The notes below the pieces were generated by a model. That model did no database searches, was not told the origin of the DNA, and saw only the letters and a list, made by a program, of their open reading frames with translations. A stretch of DNA of 64,000 nucleotides from Octopus bimaculoides. Its lineage: Eukaryota. Position numbers and translations under genes: made by a program. Positions 26,343-38,835 of this stretch are shown here, piece by piece; position 1 is the stretch's first letter, and every line of letters starts with the position of its first letter. Location: NCBI RefSeq assembly GCF_001194135.2, contig NC_068996.1, positions 27,237,161 to 27,301,160 on the forward strand. The letters are read 5' to 3'.

Positions 26343-26892
26343 TAAGCGTGTGTCAAAAAGTAATGCCATTTTGTTTAGGACAGGTCTAATTACCAACAGA
26401 GGAACATGATGTAACATACATCAAAATGAAGCTGGTCCTCTGTGGATCACATCTCTACTCACCGTAGTCACCATTTCTCTCAATAGCAATGTTCCACCTT
26501 CAAATGAGAGCATGTATCCCTGCCCCATAAAATTCTGTTGACTGTTCTTTGAGCCACTTCTTCACTACAGTTTTCACTTCCTTGTCACTGGAATAATGTT
26601 TACCTCTAAACCCTCTTTCAAGGGGCCCAAAGAGATGATAGTCTCATGACGATGATAGTCCAGTGACAAGGAAGTGAAAACTGTAGTGAAGAAGAGGCTC
26701 AAAGAACAGTCAACAGAATTTTACAGGGCAGGGATACATGCTCTCATTTGAAGGTGGAACATTTGCTATTTGAGGAGTAGGGATGTGATCCACAGAGGAC
26801 CAACTTCATTTTGATGTAATGATACATGTTCCTCCGTTGGTAATTATACCTGTCCTAAACAATATGGTATTACTTTTTGACTCACCCTTGTA
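26343..26892. mobile_element. Mariner-derived fold-back element (two inverted copies of the transposon 3' end)
   Basis: Arms 26343-26592 and 26659-26892 are inverted copies ending in mariner-type TIR (TTACTTTTTGACTCACCCTTGTA). Minus strand encodes DYHLFGPLKEGLRGKHYSSDKEVKTVV...GIHALI*RWNIAIERNGDY. Confidence 0.85.
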
Positions 26893-27067
26893 TACTGTTA
26901 TATAAATATTTCAGCATTTTGCTGAAATACATGCATGTCCTATAAAGCTCTGGATACCACAATCATGCTTTGCTTATTTTGTTCTACACACACACACACA
27001 GGTTAACCAGGAAAACACACACTACTTAACATCAGTATGTTTTTCAAAACTCCAAGTATCAAACAGT

Positions 27068-27120
27068 AGCAACAGTAGTAGTAATAGTAGTAGTAGTAGT
27101 AGCAGCAGCAGCAGTAGTAT
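27068..27120. repeat. (AGT)n/(AGC)n trinucleotide microsatellite
   Basis: Directly visible. Many further (TA)n, (CA)n, (GA)n and (TATG)n tracts occur (e.g. 5729, 14339, 17970-18210, 31680-31770, 48780-48990, 61200-61420). Confidence 0.85.
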
Positions 27121-27329
27121 TACTAGTTACATTATCATTTAGTAAATATGATTATAACATACTGAGTAGGGGTGTTAGTAAAATATAGAAAAAATATAAT
27201 TATTACACGTTTAGAAACAAAAATATCAAAATCAATATTCAAAATGGTAATTAAGAGCAATTATATTAGGGGTAAAAAAAAAAAAATGTTAAAAGAACAT
27301 TAAGAGAAAAAGGATGAATTGCATTTGAA

Positions 27330-28004
27330 GATTTCAATGTCTCTTTCTTTTATTAGCATTAAATTGCTACCAAATCTGAACTTGGTTAAACTTTGGTTAA
27401 AATCATTGTTATTAAAGCATGTGATGTAATGGGTTTTTTGTTTTTTTGTTTTTTTCCAGGGGGTCAGGGGTGTGTTGTCTCCAAGTTACATTTTATTAAA
27501 ATTTTTGTTTGTTTGTTTTTTAAGCTTTTGTTAAATTTTTTAACGTTTTTTTTTTAAATCCTTTTTTAACAATCCTGGTGCAATAACAATTTTGGCGGGA
27601 GGGGGAGTCAATGGACTGAAAGGGTTAACTGAATAAATTTGTAGTACACATTCACGCATTATACATAGACATCCATTTCTTTTAAAATCATCATTAATTT
27701 GTTAATTTCTTTTTAAAATACAATCATCACAAATCCTATCCATGTTAAAAACATGTACACTTCCCCCACCCAAAGACAACCCTTGCTCTACGCCCCAGAT
27801 TCATCCAAGTGAAACAGTTCATATTCATTTATTCCCCACGGTAAAACAATTTCTAACCAGGAAAAAAAACCCAAAAAACTAGCATCCATTTACAGACACA
27901 AATACGCACACAACCACACGATTCTCACCAGATGAACCAGCAGGTTGCAGAGAGAGGCTGGGAAGAGAAGAGAAATTACATGCATACACACACACACACA
28001 CACA

Positions 28005-28037
<33 letters not shown>

Positions 28038-28072
28038 ATGCATGTAAATATTATATATATATGGGAGAGAGT

Positions 28073-28104
<32 letters not shown>

Positions 28105-28135
28105 AATGGCTCTCTATAAACAAGTAGCAAAACCA
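27330..28135 (-). other. UBE2K: Probable proximal UBE2K 3' UTR
   Basis: Follows the stop codon; SINE-free and U-rich in sense orientation; AATAAA hexamers on the minus strand (plus tttatt near 27828, 27492, 27350). End point uncertain. Confidence 0.5.
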
Positions 28136-28207
28136 TTAGTTTAGTAAAAAGTCTGTTGCTTGGGGTGTGTCCCAGTCATGTGAGGATAAGGCTACTCGGG
28201 CTTGGTC
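28136..28207 (-). CDS. UBE2K: UBE2K last coding exon, DQARVALSSHDWDTPQATDFLLN*
   Basis: Not in the ORF track; read by eye. Strong acceptor ttttgttttgttccag. Aligns with the UBA C-terminus (human NAVIVALSSKSWDVETATELLLSN, recalled) and ends in TAA. Confidence 0.93.
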   Translation of the reverse strand, partial: DQARVALSSHDWDTPQATDFLLN

Positions 28208-29995
28208 CTGGAACAAAACAAAACAAAAAAAGTATAAATTAGCATCTTGGAGTTTAGTCACGTTTGTCATTTATTATACATGTAACAAAGAAATGGTGGT
28301 GGCGGACAAGAATATCAAAAACATCCTAGCTCTGCAGCAATGCTATCCCTAACCCATTTCAAACTATTCAAATGATGCTGTGCAGGAAAAGAAATAACGT
28401 GTGGCTGTGTGGTAACAAGTTTGCTTTCCAATCATGTTCCATAAAAACCATGCTGATGTGGTTTTCTGGCAAATCAGCTCCTGTCAAACCATCCAACCCA
28501 TGCCAGTATGGAAAACAGGTGTTAAATGATGATGGTAGTGGAGGTGATGTTGATGCATTGAGAACACTAATGAAAAGAAACAGAAGCCACTAAAACAACA
28601 TTTATTTTGAAAGTATGTTGTACAATATGAAAATTATGCTAAAATACACAAGTTAACATTTAACTCTAGGCCACCATGAGAGCCTGGTGAACCTGATACA
28701 TATTCAAACGATTGTTGAAGGGTCAAAAATTACAATTATGAGGAGTGGGTTAAGTAACAACTATATCATATGACTTCCCACTGAAGAACTATGCATTAAA
28801 AGCAAATTTACATAAACAAGACAAGATGATGAAGACATATCTACTAATATAATATACTATCTTCTTAGAGACCAATCTCTTTTATAAGATTTGCTTAGAT
28901 CAGTTTTATGAAACTATCTTGAAAATAGAAATATTATAAAACTGCGTCTATTGAACCAATGACAATTATGGTAGTAAATGACAACATACTTAGATGAATG
29001 ACAGACAGTTCAATAGAATATTCATATGAATACCAGTGCAGTCAGCTTGTGACATTTACCATTTTAGGATCATCGTCACCATTTTAATGTCCACTTTTCC
29101 ATGCCCATATAGTCAGACTGAATTTGTTGAGGTAGATTTATTATGGCTGGATACCCTATATGTTGCCAACCCTCACTTATTTCCAAACAAAGTAATATTT
29201 CCCAACATCTGGACATATACTGATGGAAGAATGAAAATGAAAATAACACTACTTTTATGATGGTGACACTTGTTTACAATTATCAAACAATGTCAAGACC
29301 AGGAGATGCAAACACACACACACACACACATATACACAACAAAATTCCTTCAGTTTCTGTCTACTAAATTCATTCACAAGGCTCTGGCCAGAGTGGGGCT
29401 ATAGTAGAAAACATTTGACCATGTGGTTCAGAAATTTCTTAAGCACACAGATCTGCCTGTACTTATAAAAACCAGAAAGGAAATAAAGAACCAGTCAAAT
29501 ACTGTGGCTGATAAAATTTTCTTTACTTCTTTCACAAAACTGTCTTCTATGTTCATGAAAAACTAGTAAAATTACATCACATTGTATCTGGCAGTGTAGA
29601 TTATGGTCTAGTCACCTGTATTGTAAATCAGGTGGTTCATGAAGGAATCATACCCAGTGATTGGTGTAGCAGCACCATAGTCAACTGCTTCAAAGGTAAA
29701 GGTTCCAGGTATGGAAGCAAGGTCAAGAATCAAAGGGCCTTAGAGTTAACCTAGCAAAAACCAAAGTCTTAGTAAATAGGAAGGCAGACAAATCAGAAAC
29801 CCCTTCAGGTAGATGGCCCTGTCAATCTGTAGAAAAGGCATAGGTTGAAACTCCATAAAATGCACCTGGTGTAAGCTTTGGACACATAAAAGGTGTAATA
29901 TTAGAGGAAGGTTGCCACAGAAAATAGCTTTTGCATGTAGAAGATGCATAGGTACAATAAACACCAAAAATGTATAGAAAATAAACCCCATCAAG

Positions 29996-30950
29996 CTAGA
30001 GTTAATAGATAGCTTCTGTTGTCTAGGTGACCAAGTTAGCAGCGGAGGTGGATGCTCCGAGAGTGTAGCTGTGAGAATAAGATTAGGCTGGGCAAAGTTC
30101 GGAGAGCTCCTACCTCTGCTGGCAACAAAGGGCCTCTCTCTCAGAATGAAAGGCAGATTGTATGATGCCTGTGTGCAAACAGCTATGCTACATGGCAGTG
30201 AAACATGGGCTGGGACAGCTGAGGACATGCGTAAACTTGAAAGAAATGAGGCCAGTATGCTTCGCTGGATGTGCAATGTCAGTGTGCATGTTCGACAGTG
30301 TAAGCATCTTGACAGAAAAGTTAGGGATAAGAGGCATCAGAAGTAGTGTGCAAGAGCGACTTCTGCGCTAGTATGGTCATGTGATGTGTATGAACAAGGA
30401 CAGCTGTGTAAACAAGTGCCGATCTCTAACTGTGAAAGGAAACTGTGGTAAAGGTAGACCCAGGACAAGGTGGTGAAGGATGAACTTCAAACTTTGGGCC
30501 TCACAGAGGCAATGACTAGTGACCAAGACCTTTGGCAATATGCTGTGCTTGAAAAGACCAGTCAAGTCAAGTGAAATGGCAATCGTGGAAGCACTTTTCA
30601 AGTGTTGGGCCTCACAGAGGCAAAGTGGCTGAGCTCCTTTTGGGTGTTGGGTCTCTCAGAGGTAATGACTGAGACCTTTGGCATTAAGTCACGCTTGAGA
30701 AGAAGACCCATCAAGCCAAGCAAAATTGCAATCTTGGCAGATACCAGTGTCATGCAAATAGCACCCATGCCGGTGGCATGTAAAAGCACCCATTACACTC
30801 TCAGAGTGGTTGGCATTAGAAAGGGAATCCAGTCGTAGAAACTATGCCAAATCAGACTAGTGTCTTGTGCAGCCTTCCAGCTTGCCAGCCCTAATCAAGC
30901 CGTCCAACCCATGCCAGCATGGAAAACAGACATTAAATGATGATGATGAT
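29996..30950 (+). mobile_element. 5'-truncated RTE-clade LINE (ORF C-terminus and 3' UTR) in the last UBE2K intron, antisense
   Basis: RIRLGWAKFGELLPLL...LYDACVQTAMLHGSETW...LRWMC...YGHV...GRP motifs with frameshift and stop; (GAT)n tail. Confidence 0.9.
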
Positions 30951-31418
30951 ATATGTGACCATTGTTTTATATGGTTGTTTATGCACAGGTATTGCTGTGT
31001 GGTTGAAAAGCCTGCTTCCCAACCATGTGTTTTTTGGGTTCAGTTCCATAGCACAGAACCATGAGCAAGTGCTCCAGGCTAATCAGCACTTTATCAGCAG
31101 ATTTGGTAAATTGAAACTAAAAGAAGCCCGTCATATATGCATGTGTGCACATCCATTTGTCTTGACAATGTTTGATGATTCTAAGTGAGCATCAGTATAA
31201 TAGAAATGTTCACTTCTAATCTTCCATTGTTGTCAACAAGAAAGACATTCAATTGTGAAATAAAAAATCTGCTTTAACAAATTCTGTTGGACCTATACCA
31301 GCATGGAAAAATGAACAATAGACATTAATTAAAACTTCCCTTGTTCTATATCACCAAATGACTGAAATTGCAAGCGATGAAAGCAAAAATTGGAATTGAA
31401 TAAAACAATAATTCTAAC

Positions 31419-31483
31419 CTCTTCAAATCCCATGTTTGTTAATTGAAATACTTTATCTTCTAAATCACGTACACGATTAGGTC
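31419..31483 (-). CDS. UBE2K: UBE2K coding exon, (G)PNRVRDLEDKVFQLTNMGFEE; linker and start of UBA domain
   Basis: UBA MGF motif. Acceptor tttttgtttcag, donor GTTAG; 65 bp, phase 1/0, in frame with the upstream exon. Confidence 0.93.
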
Positions 31484-31703
31484 CTGAAACAAAAAGAAAT
31501 GGTGAAATAAAACATTTGATAGATTTTAAGCAAATTAACAACTGGTCAATAAAAACAGTAATTGCTTTGGTTAGTGCACATGGATTACTATTATGAATAT
31601 ATTTTATAGATAACAACTGCTGCCATCAATAAAGTCAGCCACAGGGAAGTAGTTGCTTCATTTATCATAAGAGAGATAGATAGATAGAGAGAGAGAGAGA
31701 GAT

Positions 31704-31770
<67 letters not shown>

Positions 31771-31919
31771 AAGAGAATAAGAAAGAAGAATAACAAAAAA
31801 AAAAAAAACCCAAGTATTAACATGCAGACAAAAACTGACCACGAATTAGAATGTTGTTGTTATTATTTGTTATCTGGGATTTAATAACTAGCATTTCTTT
31901 CCCATATACGGATTAAAAC

Positions 31920-32114
31920 TTAACCCATTAGCATTCAGATTATTTTCTCAAATGCAACTGTTATCTTGTAGCTTCAAAATTTCAATTATGCGATTGTTTA
32001 CCTTTACAATGACATTGTAGGGTAGGTGTGAGAAGCCAGATCTGGCCTGTTTGAACATAAAACAGGTAGAATATTTTGGCCTGATATAGCTAGATTAAAT
32101 GCTAAAGGGTTTAA
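31920..32114 (+). mobile_element. piggyBac-type TTAA MITE
   Basis: TTAACCC... / ...AAAGGGT(T)TAA termini; inverted second copy at 35806-36038. Confidence 0.7.
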
Positions 32115-34355
32115 AGACACACTGGCAAGTATTTTGTCAAGTAATATGAAGATAATATTACCCTACAGGAAATTTTTATTACATTTAAATAACAATGAAG
32201 TTCTAATGAACCCAGAAAATATCTTAAATGTGTCTCTTTGTCTCTCATTACCTTTATGGACAACTTGACATGCACTACACTAAACACTATACTCAATATT
32301 TTCAACACCAGAATATCCTACTACTGGAATCTTCTCTCTGCTCTGTCTTTCTTGTGAAGTTTACATAAGTTTAAATAGAACATTAATCACATCATCAGAG
32401 GTCTCAGCAAAGGTTATGGGCACAACCCATTCCATCAGATCCAGCAATGGGTAGAAAAAAAAAAAAAACTATCTGCACTGAATAACACGTCAAGATCATG
32501 AGGTAATTCTCTGCAAAAACTACCATACCATGGCAACATCTTAGAACAAACTTTCTGTTCTTCAAAGAGTATGCATGATGTGTGTTTGATTAAGAACTTT
32601 GCTTCATAACTACATAGTTTCTGATCCAATCCTACTGAGCAACACATTGGGCAAATGCTTCCTTAAGAGAACAATCTGAATGCTAATGGGTTAAATTCTT
32701 CTTGAATGAACTTTACTAAGACAGAAACAGTGCACAACCCCTTTAAAGAAAATGTTACAATTGTTGATTGGTGAACTTAAACCCAACATTAACAATATTT
32801 GGTCCCTTGAATGCCTAAGCAGAATCTATTTGCTAGGGTTCCAAGCTTTCTTTATGCCATCCCCCAGCCTTGCAATCCCTGAAAAAGGTCAAGGCTGCTG
32901 TGAAAAGATATCAAATGAACCAGGTGGAAGGAAGAAGCAGAAGTAAAAGTAGTGAAGACTTAAATGGAAATATTAAACAACATGAAGGAGATGAAAACGG
33001 ACCTTAACCAGGAGGAAAAGTTCTCAGATACAACCCATGGCAGTGAAAAAAGATGGGGGGGAAGTAAAATTATGAAGGTTTTCATTCAGGAAGTTCACAT
33101 TTTGTCAGAGTTTTCCTCCATACACGTATCATAGAAAGCAGGCAAACAGTTGGAAAGAACAATTAACATCGAACTGAATAGAAAAGACTTTTTATTTACT
33201 TGATCCAGTTTAGATAATTAAACAGTGCTAATGAATACATTAGATGTAACATAATATATGTGAAAATAAGACCTTACATAAATCTCGGAATGTTTGAAAA
33301 GTAATTTGAAGATAAAAAGTTTTACAAAATTCTCAGTTTTAAAAATAGCTTTACATAATTTTCAGTTTCTTTAAAAAAGAAAAATATTACCAGAAACTAC
33401 AATCACTTTAGCCATTAAGTGGTAGTCGACCTGCTAGAAATAGGAACTATACTCCTTAAACTACACCCTACCATCTTAAATAAAGGAAGACATCGTAAAC
33501 TTTAGTCAAAGCTGGAATGCTTTTGATTATAAGCCTGCTTAATCAGGACTTAAAAATAAAAGTAAAGAATATAATAACTCATAAAAGATTAGGGTTATTA
33601 ATCAGCTTAACCTGTTTGATATCAACCCACCAAAGAGCACCTCTGATTCTATGATACAAAACCTCTTAATTTTACTACCTTTTCTCATAATTTTATGTAA
33701 GAACTTTTTGCTGGGTTATGTTATCAAATACTCTATTATTACTGGAAAATTATATGGACTATTTTCAAATACAATCACTAAAAAGACAATGTTTGTTGTT
33801 AAAAGCTGATATGACATTCAATATTTTCTAAGAAATCACAAAAATCATTTCCTTCTTTATCCTCATCACTTAAATATGCACACATCAACGTATCTGACAT
33901 AACTCAAAAAGATTTCGAAAATACTGTTGCATGTCATCTGAATGAAGATAACATTGAGAGATTTTCACAACTATATGCATCCTCAACTAATATTTTCTGA
34001 CATGCCTTTTCTAACAGCCAAACAAATATCCGACTGGTTTGGTATTTTACAATAATTGAAAATTATCTTAATTTTCCAGACAAAATAACTGAAATCATTT
34101 CCCCACAGGTAGTGGATACTAACTTCAGTAACTACTAGAAGCATGATGAACCCAACGTAAGTCTCAGATTCAAAAAGCTCCATCGGAAAGTGCCTGGAAT
34201 GGCTCCACATCCAAGTTTACTGCAAAATTTTGGGCAGATATCTAGCATAGACAGTTCCAGGCCTGTGTTCAGAAAGAAGGTGGGCTGGAGTGTGAGAGTA
34301 GTATCCTTATCTTCTGTAATCAAATTGCAATAGAAAGAAGGAGTAAATCAAGCTA

Positions 34356-34581
34356 TTAACTCTTGATACTAACTTGCTTGAGAACCCCTTTGTTCTTTGA
34401 TACAATTTTTTTTGTTTTAAAGTGATCTACATTAAACCTTCTATCAGAATTTCATGTTTATTTCTGTTCCTGTCACCACTTAATAACAACCAAGTTCTTT
34501 TACTAAATTCTTCATTGTTTTCAAAATTAAATGAAATAAAAGCAATCTATTTCAACCGAAGTATAGTAACAAAAGGGTTAA
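34356..34581 (+). mobile_element. piggyBac-type TTAA MITE, second family
   Basis: TTAACTCTTGATAC...AACAAAAGGGTTAA; related copies at 43049-43262 and about 41260-41420. Confidence 0.65.
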
Positions 34582-35493
34582 TAAGGCAGTAAAGAGACAG
34601 CATATTTGCTGATACATTTATGTGGCGTAGAGAAAAAAAAAAGTAAAAGTAGTAGAGGGAAGTTACCTGATGCTCTTTGGGGAGTGAGAAGAACTAAGAA
34701 AATTATTGTGAATGACAAAAGACATTATGTTACCCTTCAGCAATATATTAATGACACTGCATTTCTCTTCTGTGGACAAAGTAACATAGACAACGTCTGG
34801 TAATGGACATAACAATGAGTATCAAGGATAGTTGCACAACTTAAGTAACTATGTACAAGCATGCAGATACTAGTGATTCTATGACTGCATGGTTAAGAAG
34901 TTTACTTCCTAACCACAAAGTTTCTGGTTCAGTTCTACTGTGTGGAACCTTGGGCAAATGTCTTCTACTACAGTTCTGAAGCAACCAAAGCCACATGAGT
35001 GAATTTGGTAAACAGAAACTGAAGAAACCCATCATACATACACACACACATAAAAGGAGATTTTACACATGTGGGTATGTTTATATTTCCTTGTCTTGAC
35101 TTTTATATAATAAGTTTACACTTATTATATAGTGTTACTATCATTCACGCGATGTGATGTTCTTCATTTCAAATTTTCTGTGCAAACATGTCCAGTCATT
35201 GGAAAATATTATCATGCTTAGTAACAGGTAAGAGTTGGTGACAAGAAAAGCATCCAGCTGCAGAAAACCTGTCTCGACAAATTCCACATGACCCATGCAA
35301 AGATGGAAAAGTGGTTGTAAAGAAATTATGATGATGGTAATTTGTAAACATCTTCAGTCATGGTTAACATCGTCCTTCTTTACCAAAAACAAAATCACAA
35401 GATGACATCACCCTAAATTCTTGGCAAATATACTACTAAATATATTTCTGCAACATAGTTTCATTTAATCAGATTAAAAATTCCATACACTAC

Positions 35494-35657
35494 CGCTTGC
35501 ATATACATTCGTCCAATGAGTGGCTGTTTTTTGGAACACATCTTGCCTCTCTCTATACTGCCTTGCAACTACAGCATCTTGGGGATCATCAGGTTCAGCA
35601 GCTGCTAGTAAGGCTTGAAGTGATAATAGAACTGTTCGAAGGGTCATGGCAGCAGCC
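35494..35657 (-). CDS. UBE2K: UBE2K coding exon, (W)AAAMTLRTVLLSLQALLAAAEPDDPQDAVVARQYRERQDVFQKTATHWTNVYAS(G)
   Basis: AAAMTLRTVLLSLQALLAAAEPDDPQDAVVA is identical to UBE2K-family sequence. Acceptor gagcag; 164 bp, phase 2/1. Donor G|GTAGTG chosen because the next exon requires phase 1. Confidence 0.95.
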
Positions 35658-35805
35658 CTGCTCAAAATAAAACAAAACATTGCTTTCAATTTCAAAACAT
35701 TAAGAGAGAAATCCAAAATAAAGCTGAAAGTCAAATATATATTAATCCAATCCAATTTATCACAAAATTAACATGCATATATATAAATAAAAATGCAAAA
35801 CAAAT

Positions 35806-36038
35806 TTAACCTTTTAGCACTTAAACAGGTCATATCCAGCCCAAATATTCTATCAGTTTTATGCTCAAAACTAGTCAGAACCAGCATCTCACACTTAGCC
35901 TACAATGTCAGTTTAAAAATAAAAATAATCGCATTATCGGAATCTTCAAGCTATGAGGTAATTCATCATTAATTCAAAACAATGTGAATAAATAAAGCAT
36001 TACATTTGGCAGAGTAATCTGAATGCTAAAAGTCTTAA
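35806..36038 (-). mobile_element. piggyBac-type TTAA MITE (same family as 31920)
   Basis: Reverse-complement similarity to 31920-32114; TTAA at both ends. Confidence 0.65.
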
Positions 36039-36986
36039 TCCTTTTGATACCAAACAAGCCTATGGCCTAAGATTGTCTTTGGTTTTATGATACAAACTTT
36101 CTGATCTAAAATAAAATCTTCCATCAAAATTTCATGTTATTTAGGTTCCAAACACCAGGTAAATAATGACAGTCCTTAGAGAAGGCTTTTGATAACATGT
36201 CACACACTGTAATTTGGAGGTTACTAAGGAAACCAGGGATAGCAAAACAGGTGACCAAGGAAGACTTGGAATAAAGTAATGAAAGCTGAATCTGAAGATT
36301 CTGTATTTTACAGAGATGAAAGACTGTACTGATTGGTGATATGAGGTGCTACAGAAGATCTGTACATCTGTGGCAAAATATATCTTGACACAAGGATAGT
36401 GTTTAGAAGCTGCAATTATATATTTTTTACTTATTTCAATCACACAATAGCAGGTATGCTGGGGTACCAATTTAAATGGATTTTAGTCAAACAGACTGAC
36501 CCTCAGTACTTACTCTGTTGGTCTCTTATGCTGAACAGCTAAGTTATGGGGACCATAAACAAACAGATGACCTGTTTATAGTGATCAAATGTTTGTGCCA
36601 TATATTAGCTTGTTCCTTCCATCAAATTGACATTGCCAATACAGGTACACAGTGTACCATGCATCAGGTATCAAAATGATCACAGAGCAATGTGAAGTGA
36701 AGTGTTGTGCTCAAGAACACAACACACACAGACTAGTCTGGAAGTTGAAACTATGATCTTGCAATTGTGAGTTTAATAACCTGACCACTAGATCACAGTT
36801 TCACCCAGTTTCCATCTACAAAATTCACTTGTAAAGCATTGGTTGGCTTGGGGCATTAGGAAACATTTATCTAAGGTACCTGCAGTGGGACTGAAACAGG
36901 AACCATGCGGTTGCCAAATAAGCATTTTAACAAGATGGCCATGCTTGCACATACACACACTATATATATATATATATATATATATA

Positions 36987-37249
36987 GGTCATCAGCTGTC
37001 GAACGCCGACGAAGGGAAATAACCCTGAAATCCGGATACGTTCGTGCTGCTGGTCGCGGTGAGAGGGATAACTCCCTTGGCAAACAGGACACAGTCGTGT
37101 GTCGATAAGCCAGCTGGAGGAGATGTCCTCCTGGGGCTAAAAGCAACAGTAACATCCACCCCTAGGGGTCAGCCACACTTAAGTGGCAATATACTACACT
37201 TTATCGTGCAGTTACTGTTAATACTTCATTTAGAGAATTAACATTGCTT
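36987..37249 (+). mobile_element. Young CpG-rich Penelope-type pLTR/retrozyme-like insertion within (TA)n
   Basis: Flanked by (TA)n on both sides (right side runs into N gap 37258-37547). Retains many CpGs unlike the surrounding intron and carries a hammerhead motif. Confidence 0.6.
37000..37044 (+). ncRNA. Minimal type I hammerhead ribozyme, near-intact (U4C core variant)
   Basis: cgaacg-CCGACGA-aggg-aaataa-ccct-GAAA-tccgga-TA-cgttcg: perfect 6-bp stem I, 4-bp stem II, palindromic stem III, AUA cleavage triplet. Confidence 0.8.
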
Positions 37250-38455
37250 ATATATATNNNNNNNNNNNNNNNNNNNNNNNNNNNNNNNNNNNNNNNNNNN
37301 NNNNNNNNNNNNNNNNNNNNNNNNNNNNNNNNNNNNNNNNNNNNNNNNNNNNNNNNNNNNNNNNNNNNNNNNNNNNNNNNNNNNNNNNNNNNNNNNNNNN
37401 NNNNNNNNNNNNNNNNNNNNNNNNNNNNNNNNNNNNNNNNNNNNNNNNNNNNNNNNNNNNNNNNNNNNNNNNNNNNNNNNNNNNNNNNNNNNNNNNNNNN
37501 NNNNNNNNNNNNNNNNNNNNNNNNNNNNNNNNNNNNNNNNNNNNNNNATATATATATATATAGGCTTCCTGCTGAGCCTATCTTGCTGCTCTTCACCTTG
37601 TATCTTAAACCATGGCCTTATAATACCTATTGTTCACTCATCCACCTACATGACTCCCATCTCTTCATCACTCAGACCTCTATCTTACATCTGTCCACCA
37701 CCTCTACAGACTGCATCATTCACCTCACTTCATCCCATTCCCTACCCATTACCCTGTTATTCTACCAGCCAGTATGTTCAATCTTCTGAGTCACCTCAGT
37801 AGCCATCTGGCTTCATCACCAACACTCACCTTTGTTCACTTCTACTATTGCCTATCATTACTAAGACAACTTCATCCTCAAATACCCCTTTGCCTATCCC
37901 ATCATAGGTTTTCTCTCCTCCACACTCACCCATTCTAATCTCTCTCTCTCTCCTTTTCCCTTTCAAAGTCACCTGAGCAAATGGATGTTGATTACCCTCT
38001 ATGCTTAACTACCCATTTCTGGCCTCTACATCACTGCCTCCTTTCCTATTCCTCTCTTCAACCTACATTCCATAGGTTACTGAGTACTCTAGTGTTAGTA
38101 CTACTAGAAAATGCACCCAATACACTCTGTTGAGTGGCTGGTGATAGGAAGAGTATCCAGTCATAGAAACCAAGCCAGATAACATGCCCAAGCACCAGTC
38201 ATGAGGAGCAGTAGCTCTTAAGAATTGACAAGGGCAATAGTGACCCATTTAACCCATGCAAGCACAGAAAATAGATATAAAATGATAATGACAATGATGG
38301 AGGTGTCAGTAAAAATAGAAAGACCAAATCTTTCAATTCCTACATGCAATGCTAATATGACTGCTATGCTCATTAATAAGAATTATTAGAAATAGCTGGT
38401 GAAGTTTAAATCTAAAAATGTATCTACCTTTAACAAATATATATATGTATATATT

Positions 38456-38500
<45 letters not shown>

Positions 38501-38835
38501 AAAAAATAATTCAATTCCTGAAGGACAATGATTTAATTAAAATGACTAAACAAATAACTCAATACCGTTAAAGATATTCTATACTAAATGTCAAAATTTA
38601 TGACTCACAGAAAAGATTTTGGCCTTCCAACAAACCATTCACAAGTTATAAATATTAGATTTATGAATTTTTAATCCTATTTCATTCAAGTCAAATATTC
38701 ATTACAAAAAAATTATCTCCCCTGCAAGAGAAAATATTCCAGTCATTGAGCTTTAGACAATATTAATTTAAAGTCTCAAAAGATAAAAAGAAAAAAAACC
38801 TAAATAATAACATACAACACAAAAATATTACATAC

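Noticed and set aside
32780-32899. NAGNAG acceptor (cacag|cag) in the UBE2K intron at 32899 as a poison exon
   Set aside because: No convincing donor downstream and no other support.
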